Shown here: positions 10,368-19,838 of the stretch, piece by piece
Numbering within the stretch: the first letter of the stretch is position 1
Layout of the letters: each line of letters opens with the position of its first letter
DNA from: Halodesulfurarchaeum sp.
Lineage (GTDB): Archaea > Halobacteriota > Halobacteria > Halobacteriales > Halobacteriaceae
Length of the DNA: 50,148 bases
Direction of reading: 5' to 3'
Assembly: GCA_042216015.1 (NCBI GenBank)
Contig: JBDGUI010000049.1
Span: forward strand, 1 to 50,148
The notes under the pieces: generated by a model
What the model saw: only the letters and a program-made list of their open reading frames with translations
Database searches by the model: none
Told to the model about the DNA's origin: nothing
Made by a program: the position numbers and the translations under genes

Positions 10368-12167
10368 TCAGTCGTCAGAGCCGTTGGATTCAAGTTTCGC
10401 CCCAATCCGCTCCCGAATGGCGTCCCGGTGCTCGTGGCTCGCTTCGGCGTCCGTTCGAACCTCGAGGACCTGTGTTCCCGGTGTCTTCACGCTCTCGGTA
10501 ACTGCCTCACCGATGGAATCGGGTTCGACCGCCTCGAAGTCGAGGTCGTAAAGTGCCTCCGTCGCGGCAAAGTCGAGGCCGTGGGGAGTTTTGAACTGCT
10601 CCTCGAAGGGGGGATCGAAGTCGGCGATCGGAAGCATGTGAAAGATTCCCCCACCGTCGTTGTTCACGAGGACGATGGTCGCGTCGAGGTCGAACCGTCC
10701 GAGGGCGACCAGCCCGTTCATGTCGTGGTAGTACGCGAGGTCGCCGGTCACGGCGATGAGCGGGTCGTCGGTCACGCTCCCGGCCCCGAGGGCCGTGCTC
10801 GTGATGCCGTCGATGCCGCTCGCACCGCGATTGCCGAGGACAGTCACCTCGGCCTCGCGGGGTCGGCCAAAGCGGTCCAGGTCCCGAACGGGCATGCTGT
10901 TCGAGACGAAGAGCGTTGCCGGGTCCGGCACGTTCCGCGCCACCTGGCTGAGGACGACACCTTCCCAGGATGGGTCCTCGATCTCCGAGACAGTCTCCCA
11001 AGAGGACTTCTCAGCCCGCACGAACCGCGCTTGCCACGAATCGGCCAGTTCGGTGTCCAGTGATCCGAGTGCCTCCACCAGTGGACCCACCGAGGCCCGG
11101 ACGTGATCCGTCGTCGTGAAGGTCGCCTCACGCCAGCCACCCGCCGGGTCCACGAGGAACTGGCGCCTGGCTCGGTCCCGGAGGTAGTGTCTGAGTTCCT
11201 TCGAGGTGGGGGAGCCTCCGAATCGGATCACGAGGTCGGGGTCGGGCCACTCGCCGGTCCCCGCCGTTCCGAGATAGCCGTCGTACCCGCCGATCACGGG
11301 GGTTTCCGGGACGTGATCGCCGAATCTGAGATTCGAGAGTGGGTCGGCCAACAGCGGGAACCCGGTCTTCCGGGCCAGTTCGGCAATCGCCGCGGTGCGG
11401 TCAGGATCCGGGGAAAGCGGCCCGGCAACGATCAGTCCCCGCGCTGCGGACGTGATTGCCGACCGCAGCGACTCGACGGCCGATTCAGCCGGGCAGACCC
11501 TCCCTGGGTGAGTTTTCACGAATGGGCCACTCCGGCCCGACAGCGCCATTCCCGGTTGTTCCCCTCCGGCGTGTTCGATCTTCGATTCGGCAGCGGCGAT
11601 CGCCTTCCGCTCTCCGGCGTCCTCGACCGGAGCCAGCGGCTTCCTGAGTGGAACGTTGAGATGGACTGGACCGGGATTCGGCGGTCGGGCAGCGGCCAGT
11701 GCCCTGCCCACCGTCGTTCGAAGCGAGCGAAGTGTCCGGGGCTCTGCTTCCGGTGTGGGAAGCGTTCGTGCGAATCGGGGTGCCCCTCCGTAGAGGTCGG
11801 TCTGGTCGATCGTCTGGTTGGCGCCGCTGTCCTGCAGTTCCGGCGGTCTGTCTGCGGTGAGGACGACGAGCGGGGTCCGAGAGTGGTGGGCCTCGATTAC
11901 GGCTGGATGGAAATTGGCCGCGCCGGTGCCCGACGTCGAGATGAGCGCGGCTGGCCGTCCGGACCGCTTCCCGTACCCGAGCGCGAAGAATCCGGCTGAT
12001 CGCTCGTCCAGGTGGGTGTTCGTCTCGAGTCCCTCCTCTCGGGCCGCCGCCACCGTGAGCGGTGTCGACCGACTTCCGGGCGCGATGACGGCCCGCGAGA
12101 GGCCCCCGGCGTGCAGCTCCTCGACGATCGCTCTGGCCCAGAGCACACTCACGTTTGGATCGGTCAT
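10368..12167 (-). CDS. menD: SEPHCHC synthase (TPP-dependent)
   Basis: PGSRSTPL, DERSAGFFALG, TADRPPEL, NRGASGIDG, GDLAYYHDMNG, NNDGGGIF. Start 12167 overlaps the menF stop (ATGA). Confidence 0.96.
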   Translation of the reverse strand: MTDPNVSVLWARAIVEELHAGGLSRAVIAPGSRSTPLTVAAAREEGLETNTHLDERSAGFFALGYGKRSGRPAALISTSGTGAANFHPAVIEAHHSRTPLVVLTADRPPELQDSGANQTIDQTDLYGGAPRFARTLPTPEAEPRTLRSLRTTVGRALAAARPPNPGPVHLNVPLRKPLAPVEDAGERKAIAAAESKIEHAGGEQPGMALSGRSGPFVKTHPGRVCPAESAVESLRSAITSAARGLIVAGPLSPDPDRTAAIAELARKTGFPLLADPLSNLRFGDHVPETPVIGGYDGYLGTAGTGEWPDPDLVIRFGGSPTSKELRHYLRDRARRQFLVDPAGGWREATFTTTDHVRASVGPLVEALGSLDTELADSWQARFVRAEKSSWETVSEIEDPSWEGVVLSQVARNVPDPATLFVSNSMPVRDLDRFGRPREAEVTVLGNRGASGIDGITSTALGAGSVTDDPLIAVTGDLAYYHDMNGLVALGRFDLDATIVLVNNDGGGIFHMLPIADFDPPFEEQFKTPHGLDFAATEALYDLDFEAVEPDSIGEAVTESVKTPGTQVLEVRTDAEASHEHRDAIRERIGAKLESNGSDD

Positions 12168-13612
12168 TCGAGCACCTCCCTGATCGGCTCGAATTTGGCC
12201 TCGAGTTCCCGCCATTCCGTCTCGGGATCGCTTCCGCCGACGATGCCGTTTCCGGCAAACAGCGTCGCTCGTCCCGCCCGGACGAGCGCAGATCTGATGC
12301 CGACCGCGAAGGTGCCATCGCCCTCGGCATCGAACCACCCGACGGGGGCTCCATACCAGCCACGAACCGTCGTTTCAGTTTCGGCGATCGTCTCTTGAGC
12401 CTTCTCGGTTGGGAGTCCACCCAGTGCCGGAGTCGGATGCAGGGAGGCGACGATATCGAGCACGTGAACCGTCGATGGGAGCGAGGCCGTGATCGGTGTC
12501 CGCAGGTGATGGACGTTTGCGAGGGTCCGGATCGATCGCTCGCCGACGGACACCTCGGCCCCGAGGGTGTCGAGCTGGTCGGTGATCTGGGTTGCGACGA
12601 GTCCATGTTCCCTGCCCAGAGTTTCGTCGTCGAGAAGGCGCTCGATCTGTCTCTCATCGAGGCTCGGGTCGGCACCGCGCTCGACGGTCCCGGCCAAGGC
12701 CTCCGTCTCGACGGCTTCCCCCCGCTTTTCGACGAGCCGTTCGGGAGAGGCACCGAAAAACGAAGCCCCATTCGGATCGGACGGGTCGGCCCTTGGCCCG
12801 ACGAAACTGAACCGGTAACAGTCCGGATACCGGGATTCGAGCCCCGCGAGCGTCGAACCCAGGTCGAAATCGCCCTCGATTTCGAGTTCGTAGGCGGCCG
12901 ATAGCACGACCTTCTGCAGGTCGCTCTCCCTGATCGTGTCCCTGAGCGCTCGAACCCGCTCCGTCCAGGTCGATCGCTCGGCCGTGAGACCGAACGGTTC
13001 TCGGGACTGGCCATCTGAAGTGCCCCCCGTGTCATTGCGGTCTCGATCCGTCGACTCGTGAAGTGGCGGCGTTCCCGTATCGGCGCCGTCCCTGGCGGTT
13101 TCGAGGGACTCGATTGCCCGCCTCAGTCTGTCGTTCGGGTCGGGGCCGAGGCTGGTGACCCACGTTCGATCGCGGTCGAGTCGTACCTGAATCGCCGGGA
13201 GCACGAAGCCCGCCGGTTCGAAATCGGTCCACGGTGGATCGAGTGACTCCTCGTCGAAGAAGGAGAACCCCCCGAAGAGGCGCGGTCTCGCCGGCCGCGG
13301 GAGTCCCTGCTGCTCGATCGAGGCGAACAGGGCGTCGGCACGCCGCCTGACGGTCGCGAATCGGTTCGATCCCGCGCCGGTGACGGTCGCGGCCCGCCCC
13401 ACGGCAATGACCGGTGAACCCCTCGGCTCGGCCCAGACAGCCGTGATCGGCTCGAGGACGTCGATCGCCTCCTGTAGCGAGAGTGGACCGGTCTCCGCGA
13501 CGGCCGTCTCGATCGGCCGGTTGCGGGTGTGTGGTTCGGTTGCGTCTTTGGCCATTGTCTGAGTCCCGTCGTCCACGATTCCGCCGCTTCGCTCCGTCTC
13601 GTCGTCCCCCAT
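12164..13612 (-). CDS. menF: Isochorismate synthase
   Basis: KVVLS, FGASPERL, ALAGT, LHPTPALGG, WYGAPVGW, GIRSA, AGNGIV. Exact start uncertain. Confidence 0.93.
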   Translation of the reverse strand: MGDDETERSGGIVDDGTQTMAKDATEPHTRNRPIETAVAETGPLSLQEAIDVLEPITAVWAEPRGSPVIAVGRAATVTGAGSNRFATVRRRADALFASIEQQGLPRPARPRLFGGFSFFDEESLDPPWTDFEPAGFVLPAIQVRLDRDRTWVTSLGPDPNDRLRRAIESLETARDGADTGTPPLHESTDRDRNDTGGTSDGQSREPFGLTAERSTWTERVRALRDTIRESDLQKVVLSAAYELEIEGDFDLGSTLAGLESRYPDCYRFSFVGPRADPSDPNGASFFGASPERLVEKRGEAVETEALAGTVERGADPSLDERQIERLLDDETLGREHGLVATQITDQLDTLGAEVSVGERSIRTLANVHHLRTPITASLPSTVHVLDIVASLHPTPALGGLPTEKAQETIAETETTVRGWYGAPVGWFDAEGDGTFAVGIRSALVRAGRATLFAGNGIVGGSDPETEWRELEAKFEPIREVLE

Positions 13613-13615
13613 GTC

Positions 13616-14212
13616 CTAGCTGTGCCGATCCTCGTCCCACGGATCCGCGGTGACCGAATACCCCCGCTGTTCCCAGTACCCCCGCGCCGGTTCGGTGAGA
13701 AATTCGATTCCTGTGACCCATTTGGCACCCTTGTACGCGTACTTGTGGGGGGTGAGCACCCTGAGCGGGCCACCGTGTTCCCGGGAGATGGGCTCGTCCT
13801 CGTGGTCGTACGCGAGCAGAACCTCCCGACGGAGACAGTCCTCGAGTGGAAGGTCGGTCGTGTAGCCGTCCCTCGCGTGAAACAGGACGTGAGTCGCCTC
13901 CTCCTCGAGGCCGACCGCCTCGACGATCTCCGGGAACGGAATCCCGGTGAACTCGTGGTCGAACGAACTCCAGCCGGTCACGCAGTGGACGTCCTGACGT
14001 TGTGTTTCGGTCGGGAGGGACGTGAGTTCGTCCCAGTCGAAGTTCCGCTCCGCCTCGACGGCGCCGGTGACCGATAGGTCCCAGCCGTCTCGATTGCCGT
14101 CGGGGGTTTCACCCTTGGTGAAGACCGGGAACTCCGGGGCCCGATGCTGGCCCGGAGGCAGCCGGTCCGTGCCGAACTCGGTGTAGAGGTCGGTCACGTC
14201 CCTGACAGTCAT
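13616..14212 (-). CDS. Sulfite oxidase-like molybdopterin-dependent oxidoreductase (no signal peptide)
   Basis: RLPPGQ, DVHCVTGWS (Mo-ligand Cys), HGGPLR, YKGAKW, GYWEQRGY. Confidence 0.9.
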   Translation of the reverse strand: MTVRDVTDLYTEFGTDRLPPGQHRAPEFPVFTKGETPDGNRDGWDLSVTGAVEAERNFDWDELTSLPTETQRQDVHCVTGWSSFDHEFTGIPFPEIVEAVGLEEEATHVLFHARDGYTTDLPLEDCLRREVLLAYDHEDEPISREHGGPLRVLTPHKYAYKGAKWVTGIEFLTEPARGYWEQRGYSVTADPWDEDRHS

Positions 14213-14315
14213 ACTGGATCATTCGGTCGCTCGGATTAGTCCCTTGTGGTCCCGGTCGGGCCGGGGCCTGGCCCCGTCAGTCTTAAGAAGGGAGGGGGCC
14301 AAACCCGCTCGATAG

Positions 14316-14525
14316 ATGCCGACGGTGGAACTCAACGTCCCCGACCACATCGAGATGCAGATCGCCCAGCTCGTCGATCAAGGCGAGTTTCTGAGCCAGG
14401 AAGAGGCGATCGAACAGCTCCTCTCGGCGGGTATCAAGGCCTACAAGACCTCCGGTCCGGTCGAGGAGGAGGGTACCTTCGAGGACGAGGGAATGATGGG
14501 CCACGAGGACGAGTACGTCTTCTGA
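14316..14525 (+). CDS. Ribbon-helix-helix (CopG-like) small protein
   Basis: MPTVELNVP..EMQIAQLVDQGEF.S.EEAI RHH pattern; acidic haloarchaeal composition. Confidence 0.8.
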   Translation: MPTVELNVPDHIEMQIAQLVDQGEFLSQEEAIEQLLSAGIKAYKTSGPVEEEGTFEDEGMMGHEDEYVF

Positions 14526-14718
14526 TTGCCCCGACAACCGAATCGAACCGGACCCGTATTGTCCTGAACCGTCTACCAGACCGGTCCGGAACCACTACCC
14601 GATCCGTCCGAAACGCCCCCGACCAGTACATTTGAATCAGGACACATCAGTTTACGCTGGCCTAGCCAGCCCCCGAGGCAGCCAACATTTAACCCGCCCT
14701 CCGGTCTAGGGACTCTCA

Positions 14719-14997
14719 ATGCACAAAGACGAACTGCTCGAGCTTCATGAGGAGATGGTCCACATCAAAGATCGGCTCGCCGCCTTCGAGGAGATCGACG
14801 AGACGAAATTCGAGGAGTACGAACGGCTCGACGTCGATCCCTCACACGTGCACAAGTCGAAAAGCGAGCACAAACACGCCGTCTTCGTGCTCGGAAACGC
14901 GCTCGCCTCGGCGATGAGCGAGGACGAGTTCAGCTCTGCGGGCCGCCTGTCCAAGCGGATGGAGGAGTTGGCCGAAGACGCAGAGGAAAAGCTGTAG
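14719..14997 (+). CDS. UPF0058 family protein
   Basis: MHKDELLELH, P.HVHKSKSEHKHAVF motif. Confidence 0.88.
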   Translation: MHKDELLELHEEMVHIKDRLAAFEEIDETKFEEYERLDVDPSHVHKSKSEHKHAVFVLGNALASAMSEDEFSSAGRLSKRMEELAEDAEEKL

Positions 14998-15138
14998 GGA
15001 TCGGGCTGGACGGGGAGGAAAGGAGGGGCGAAAAGCGATCCGCCCGGTGGGTCGGACGCCGGTGGGCGCTGTGTCAGACATTCGCAGTGGGGCGGACCGG
15101 TCGTCGGGAAAGTCTTTTTACCGGCTCTTCCCCTTTCC

Positions 15139-17502
15139 ATGCGTATGCACTCGCGCACGGTCGAACAGGTTCGCACCTGGGACTCTCGACCGTTTTCCGG
15201 CGGACTCGGTACCCTCTATGAGCTTTCAGAATCCGACCACACGGGGGCGGTCGTCGCCGAGGACACCTGGCTGTTCATGCTCAACGGTCGGGTCATCGGC
15301 ATTTTCGAGGGAACGATGGACGACTTCGAGGCCTCAGGGACGGTCTACACGACCCCACACGATTCCCTGCCGCTGCTCTTTGCGATGCAGGAGCGAGACG
15401 GGCAAACCCGGGCGAAGTACTTCACCGAAGATACCCCACTCAAGGAGGCCGATCAAACCCTCGCGGACGCGAATTTCACCGGCTACGTCGAACTCTCCGA
15501 GAACGTGCTGAGCGGGGATTACTATCTCGTCTACTACGGGGGAACCAGGCGGAGCGTGGCGTTCATCGGCCAGAGCGAGCGGGTCGAAACCGGGGAGGCC
15601 GCCTTCGAGCGGGCCGCCGAGGAGGTCGGCCTCTACGAGGTCATGGACGTCTCGATGACGATCACCGAGATTCCGGAGCCCCGAGGGGAGTCGACAGCGG
15701 TCGACGAGTCCGATGACGATGCAGCGGAGACCGACGACTCCACGGTCGCCTCGGGTGACGAAGCGCGCGCCGAAACACGGCAGGCGAGCGAACCCACCGG
15801 TACCTCTGCCGCCGGAGCAAGCAATACAGACGAGACACTCGAACCGGCGTCGAGGGAGCCGGCCTCGTCCGAGCCGGGGACAGGGGATAAAGATCCCGGT
15901 TCTGGACCTGGGGAAACGGAGGTGTCGGCTGGCGTGGCCGAGGGCGTTGAGCACACCGATCCGGAAATGGCGTCGGGTTCTGCCACCGACGGGTCCGATT
16001 CGACGACCGCCTCAACGGCCGACACCAACGTGTCGCCTGGTGGGTCGGAGACGGGTCACACGTCCGATGACAGTGCGGTGGGGGAACAGGAAGGGGGGAA
16101 CGAAGCAGCCGCCGTGGGGGAAGGTTCCACGGAGAGCGGGGAGACATCTGAATGGGCCGGTGCAGGCGACTCTACCGGGGGCCGGCAGGAAGAAACGGAC
16201 GCGGGTGAGGGGGAACAGCCCACCGATACCGATTCGAAACTCGAACGGATGTTCCGTGCGGAGGAACAGTGGCGCCGATCGAAGGCGATCCCTGCACTCG
16301 ACCCGGACGATACCGAATCCACGGAGGAATCGGGATCGGAGACCCCGTCGGGCCCAACCGAGGTGGAGCGATCGCCGAGTCAACGGCCCGGGCGACAGGC
16401 CCGGACGGCCACCTCGTCCGAACCAACCGCCGTCACCGAGAGAGATTCGGGGTCGGCAGGCAACACCGTCGAGAGCCGAGCCACCGCCGACCGGGTGGCG
16501 ACGGCGTCCGAACGTGGATCCGGGGAGGCCACCCCGACAGCCCGGGAGCGGGTGGAGGCCGAGATCGAAAAGCGCGACGCACGGATCGAGGACCTCCAGG
16601 ACCGGTTGACGGCAATCGAGCGGGAACGCGAACAGCTCGACGGTGAACTCGAGGACGAACGCGCGGAACGTTCGCGGCTCGAATCCGAACTCTCCCGGGT
16701 CCGCTCGGAGCGGGACGAACTGGCCAGCCGGGTCGAGGAGCTGGAGGCGACACTGGAGAGCGAGGGATCGAGTGCCGAACCGGGGAAGACTGCGCTCTCG
16801 CCGTCGGATGCGCTCTCCGGCACGAACCTCTTCGTGCGGTATGACTCCAAGAGCGATCCCACGCTGGAGGCGCTCGGTTCCGACGTGGATCCGAATGCGG
16901 TCAATGCGAACCTCACCCTCGAGCATCACACCCAGTTCGAAACCAGCGAGGTGCAGGTCGAGGGCCAATCTTATCGGGAGTTTCTCGAGGGAACCGGTGA
17001 ATTCCGATTCGTCTCCTGGGTGCTTCGGGAACTGCCATATGAATTGCTCGAGACGGGGAACCGAAACAGCCTGGGGGACCTCTTCGAGGCGATATCGGAA
17101 ATCGACCGCGTCGAGTTCGACGGGAGGGTGACGGTCGATCCGGAGTCGGGCGGTGACCGCCAGTTCGCCCTCGTGATGCGCGATCGGATGGGCAACCCGC
17201 TCGTCCTGGGCGAGTACAGCGACGATCGAAATCCCGTCAGGGACGAGGAACTGGAGACGCTTCTCGACGGAGCGCGGGACGTCGCCGCCGCTATCGAGAG
17301 CCTCGCCGGCGTGTTTTACGTCACGGCGAGCTTCTTCGAGCCCGCGGCCCTCGAACGGGCCGAAAATGCCGCCTCGTCGGGTGGATTATTCAGCCGGCAG
17401 GAGAAGGCGAGTTTCGTCACTCCGGATTCGGGGACGGGCTTTCACCTCGGGCTCGTCGAGGATCGGAGCCAGGCGTTTCACGTCACCGTTCCCAAGCTCT
17501 AA
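15139..17502 (+). CDS. Large conserved haloarchaeal protein: N-terminal FTGYVEL-type domain, acidic low-complexity linker, coiled coil, C-terminal globular domain (DUF7527-like)
   Basis: 787-aa ORF with acidic composition and a heptad-rich stretch (IEDLQDRLTAIEREREQL...). Confidence 0.8.
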   Translation: MRMHSRTVEQVRTWDSRPFSGGLGTLYELSESDHTGAVVAEDTWLFMLNGRVIGIFEGTMDDFEASGTVYTTPHDSLPLLFAMQERDGQTRAKYFTEDTPLKEADQTLADANFTGYVELSENVLSGDYYLVYYGGTRRSVAFIGQSERVETGEAAFERAAEEVGLYEVMDVSMTITEIPEPRGESTAVDESDDDAAETDDSTVASGDEARAETRQASEPTGTSAAGASNTDETLEPASREPASSEPGTGDKDPGSGPGETEVSAGVAEGVEHTDPEMASGSATDGSDSTTASTADTNVSPGGSETGHTSDDSAVGEQEGGNEAAAVGEGSTESGETSEWAGAGDSTGGRQEETDAGEGEQPTDTDSKLERMFRAEEQWRRSKAIPALDPDDTESTEESGSETPSGPTEVERSPSQRPGRQARTATSSEPTAVTERDSGSAGNTVESRATADRVATASERGSGEATPTARERVEAEIEKRDARIEDLQDRLTAIEREREQLDGELEDERAERSRLESELSRVRSERDELASRVEELEATLESEGSSAEPGKTALSPSDALSGTNLFVRYDSKSDPTLEALGSDVDPNAVNANLTLEHHTQFETSEVQVEGQSYREFLEGTGEFRFVSWVLRELPYELLETGNRNSLGDLFEAISEIDRVEFDGRVTVDPESGGDRQFALVMRDRMGNPLVLGEYSDDRNPVRDEELETLLDGARDVAAAIESLAGVFYVTASFFEPAALERAENAASSGGLFSRQEKASFVTPDSGTGFHLGLVEDRSQAFHVTVPKL

Positions 17503-17561
17503 CGCATTCAATTTCCTTTCGAAGCTCTAACTCCCCATCGTTCCTTCCCAGGCTCTAACGC
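17489..17561. repeat. Three-copy tandem repeat, exact 28-bp period, core a(a/g)gctctaac
   Basis: Cores at 17494, 17522 and 17550. The first copy contains the TAA stop (17500-17502) of the upstream gene. Confidence 0.8.
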
Positions 17562-17588
17562 TTCCTCTCGATCCAAAAGTCCAGACGG

Positions 17589-17894
17589 TTACTCGGCTTC
17601 CTCGGGGATCGAATCGATCTTCATCGCCTCGAGTTTGTCCATGATCTCGCCGATCTCGTCGTCGAGATCCTCGACGAACGTCGCGGTGTCCTCTGTGGTG
17701 ATTGCGCCCTGACTCGACGGCTCGATGAGGTTTTCCTCCTCGAGTACGCGGAGCGAGTACCGCACCTTGTGGTGGGGATACCCCGTTTCGTTCGACATCT
17801 TCACGATTCCGATGGGTTCGTTCTCGATGACCATCTTCAGAACCTGCAGGTGCCGCTCTAACATATCGACCTCTTTCGCCAGGCGATCTATCAT
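17589..17894 (-). CDS. Conserved archaeal HTH transcriptional regulator
   Basis: MIDRLAKEVDMLERHL..EPIGIVKMS.ETGYPHHKVRYSLRVLE..LIEPS.QGA. Start ATG 17894. Confidence 0.85.
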   Translation of the reverse strand: MIDRLAKEVDMLERHLQVLKMVIENEPIGIVKMSNETGYPHHKVRYSLRVLEEENLIEPSSQGAITTEDTATFVEDLDDEIGEIMDKLEAMKIDSIPEEAE

Positions 17895-18218
17895 GCCATT
17901 CGTTAACTTGTCGTACCGGGATTTAAACCTTGCCGTGCCGGAAGACCCGTTATCAGTGGCTTTCTCGGGATCACTTATAACAGTTGTGCCTGTTTTCATG
18001 TCACACGCGATACCGAACATTCCCCGCTGGATCTCTCACGCTTCACAACACCCGTTGAAGGCCTCAGGCACTCACATTGCCCGTTGGCCGTCTCACAGCG
18101 TGTGCAAGAAACGCGGGCCCGAGAATCGGATCGTGGCGCACTGATCCCCAACAAGCGGACGAACGCGGGTGTCGCGTATTTCGTAATGGGTTTACCCCGG
18201 GGCGGGGAAACGGCTACC

Positions 18219-19532
18219 ATGACCGTAACCATCGTGGGTTCGCAACTCGGCGACGAGGGCAAGGGCCGCGTCGTCGATCTGCTGGGCGAACCGGCCGACG
18301 TCGTCGTCCGATATCAGGGCGGGGACAACGCCGGTCACACCGTCGTGGACGGGGAGGAGGAGTACAAGCTGTCCCTCGTCCCGAGCGGCGCAATCAGGGG
18401 GAAAGTCGGCGTGCTTGGAAACGGCGTCGTGATCAACCCCCGGACGTTCTTCGAGGAGGTCGACGGACTCCGCGAGCAGGGACTCGACCCGACCGTTCGG
18501 CTGGCCAAGCGCGCACACGTGATCATGCCGTTTCACCGGGCCATCGACGGCATCGAGGAGTCAGCCAAGTCCGACTCGGACCTCGATGCGGGCACCACGG
18601 GTCGCGGAATCGGGCCGACCTACGAGGACAAGGCCGGCCGACGCGGCGTTCGCGTCGGTGATCTGCTCGATCCCGCGGTCCTCAAAGAACGCCTCGAATA
18701 CGTCGTCCCGCAGAAGCGGGCGCTGTACGAGGAGGTATACGGTAGCGATCCGGGCGAGGCCTTCGACGTCGACGCGCTCTTCGAGGAGTACCGCGAGTAC
18801 GGCGAACGAATCCAATCGGAGGGTCTCGCGGTCGACGCCGGAACCTATCTCGACGAGCGGATTCGGGCAGGGGAGAAGGTCATGCTCGAGGGCGCCCAGG
18901 GGACCTCGCTCGACATCGATCACGGGATCTACCCCTACGTCACCTCCTCGAATCCCACCGCCGGGTACGCCGCGACAGGATCCGGGCTCGGGGTGACCAC
19001 GGTCGGTCAGGGCGCGGTGATCGGCGTCATCAAAGCCTACCTCTCCCGCGTCGGGACCGGCCCGCTCCCGACCGAACTCGAGGGTGATCTCGCCGAGTAC
19101 ATCCGCGAGGAGGGTGGGGAGTATGGAACCGTCACCGGTCGGCCCCGTCGCGTGGGGTATCTCGACATGCCCATGTTGCGAACTGCGGCACGCGCGAACG
19201 GCTTCACCGGGGTCGCGATCAACCACCTCGACGTCCTCGCCGGGCTCGACGAGATCGACGTCGGCCACGCCTACGAACTGGACGGCGAAACGCGGTACAC
19301 GATGCCCGCGACGACCGAGCGCTGGGGCGACTGCAAGCCAGTATATCGGACCTTCGAGGGCTGGCCGGACGTCGATTGGCCGGCCGTCTCGGAGGCGGGC
19401 TTCGACGCGCTGCCCGAGGCCACAAGGGAATACGTCTCCTACATCGAGTCCGAACTGGATGCCCCTGCCGTTGCGCTGGGATTGGGTCCCGCCCGAGAGA
19501 CGGCGATCGTCCGGTCGAATCCCTGGGACTGA
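18219..19532 (+). CDS. purA: Adenylosuccinate synthetase
   Basis: GDEGKG, GGDNAGHT, GTTGRGIGPTY, EGAQG, GTVTGRPRR. Start ATG 18219. Confidence 0.98.
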   Translation: MTVTIVGSQLGDEGKGRVVDLLGEPADVVVRYQGGDNAGHTVVDGEEEYKLSLVPSGAIRGKVGVLGNGVVINPRTFFEEVDGLREQGLDPTVRLAKRAHVIMPFHRAIDGIEESAKSDSDLDAGTTGRGIGPTYEDKAGRRGVRVGDLLDPAVLKERLEYVVPQKRALYEEVYGSDPGEAFDVDALFEEYREYGERIQSEGLAVDAGTYLDERIRAGEKVMLEGAQGTSLDIDHGIYPYVTSSNPTAGYAATGSGLGVTTVGQGAVIGVIKAYLSRVGTGPLPTELEGDLAEYIREEGGEYGTVTGRPRRVGYLDMPMLRTAARANGFTGVAINHLDVLAGLDEIDVGHAYELDGETRYTMPATTERWGDCKPVYRTFEGWPDVDWPAVSEAGFDALPEATREYVSYIESELDAPAVALGLGPARETAIVRSNPWD

Positions 19533-19596
19533 GTCTGATCCCCCGACCCGGCAACCTTTTTTCGTGCGCCCTCGATTGACCGAGTAGGTGACTATC

Positions 19597-19791
19597 GTGA
19601 ACGAGGAACTCATGGACATCGTCTGTTGTCCGGTCGACAAGGCGGAACTCGAACTCGACGTCGAAGCGCGCGACGGCGAGGAGATCATCGAGGGGGCCCT
19701 GACCTGTACGGAGTGCGGGACGGTCTATCCGATCGAGGACGGCATTCCCAACCTGCTCCCGCCGGACATGCAGGAGGACGCCACCGCCTGA
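19597..19791 (+). CDS. trm112: Methyltransferase activator Trm112 family
   Basis: LMDIVCCPVDK...CTECGTVYPIEDGIPNLL. GTG start at 19597 (19588 is an alternative). Confidence 0.9.
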   Translation: MNEELMDIVCCPVDKAELELDVEARDGEEIIEGALTCTECGTVYPIEDGIPNLLPPDMQEDATA

Positions 19792-19838
19792 CGGCCGGCG
19801 CCTGAAGCTTTTTGCAAGTGGTCGACGTAGGGGGAGTC

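Noticed and set aside
5878..13612. Classical men pathway (rather than futalosine) in an archaeon as a novelty
   Set aside because: This is an established ancient bacterial acquisition in Halobacteria.
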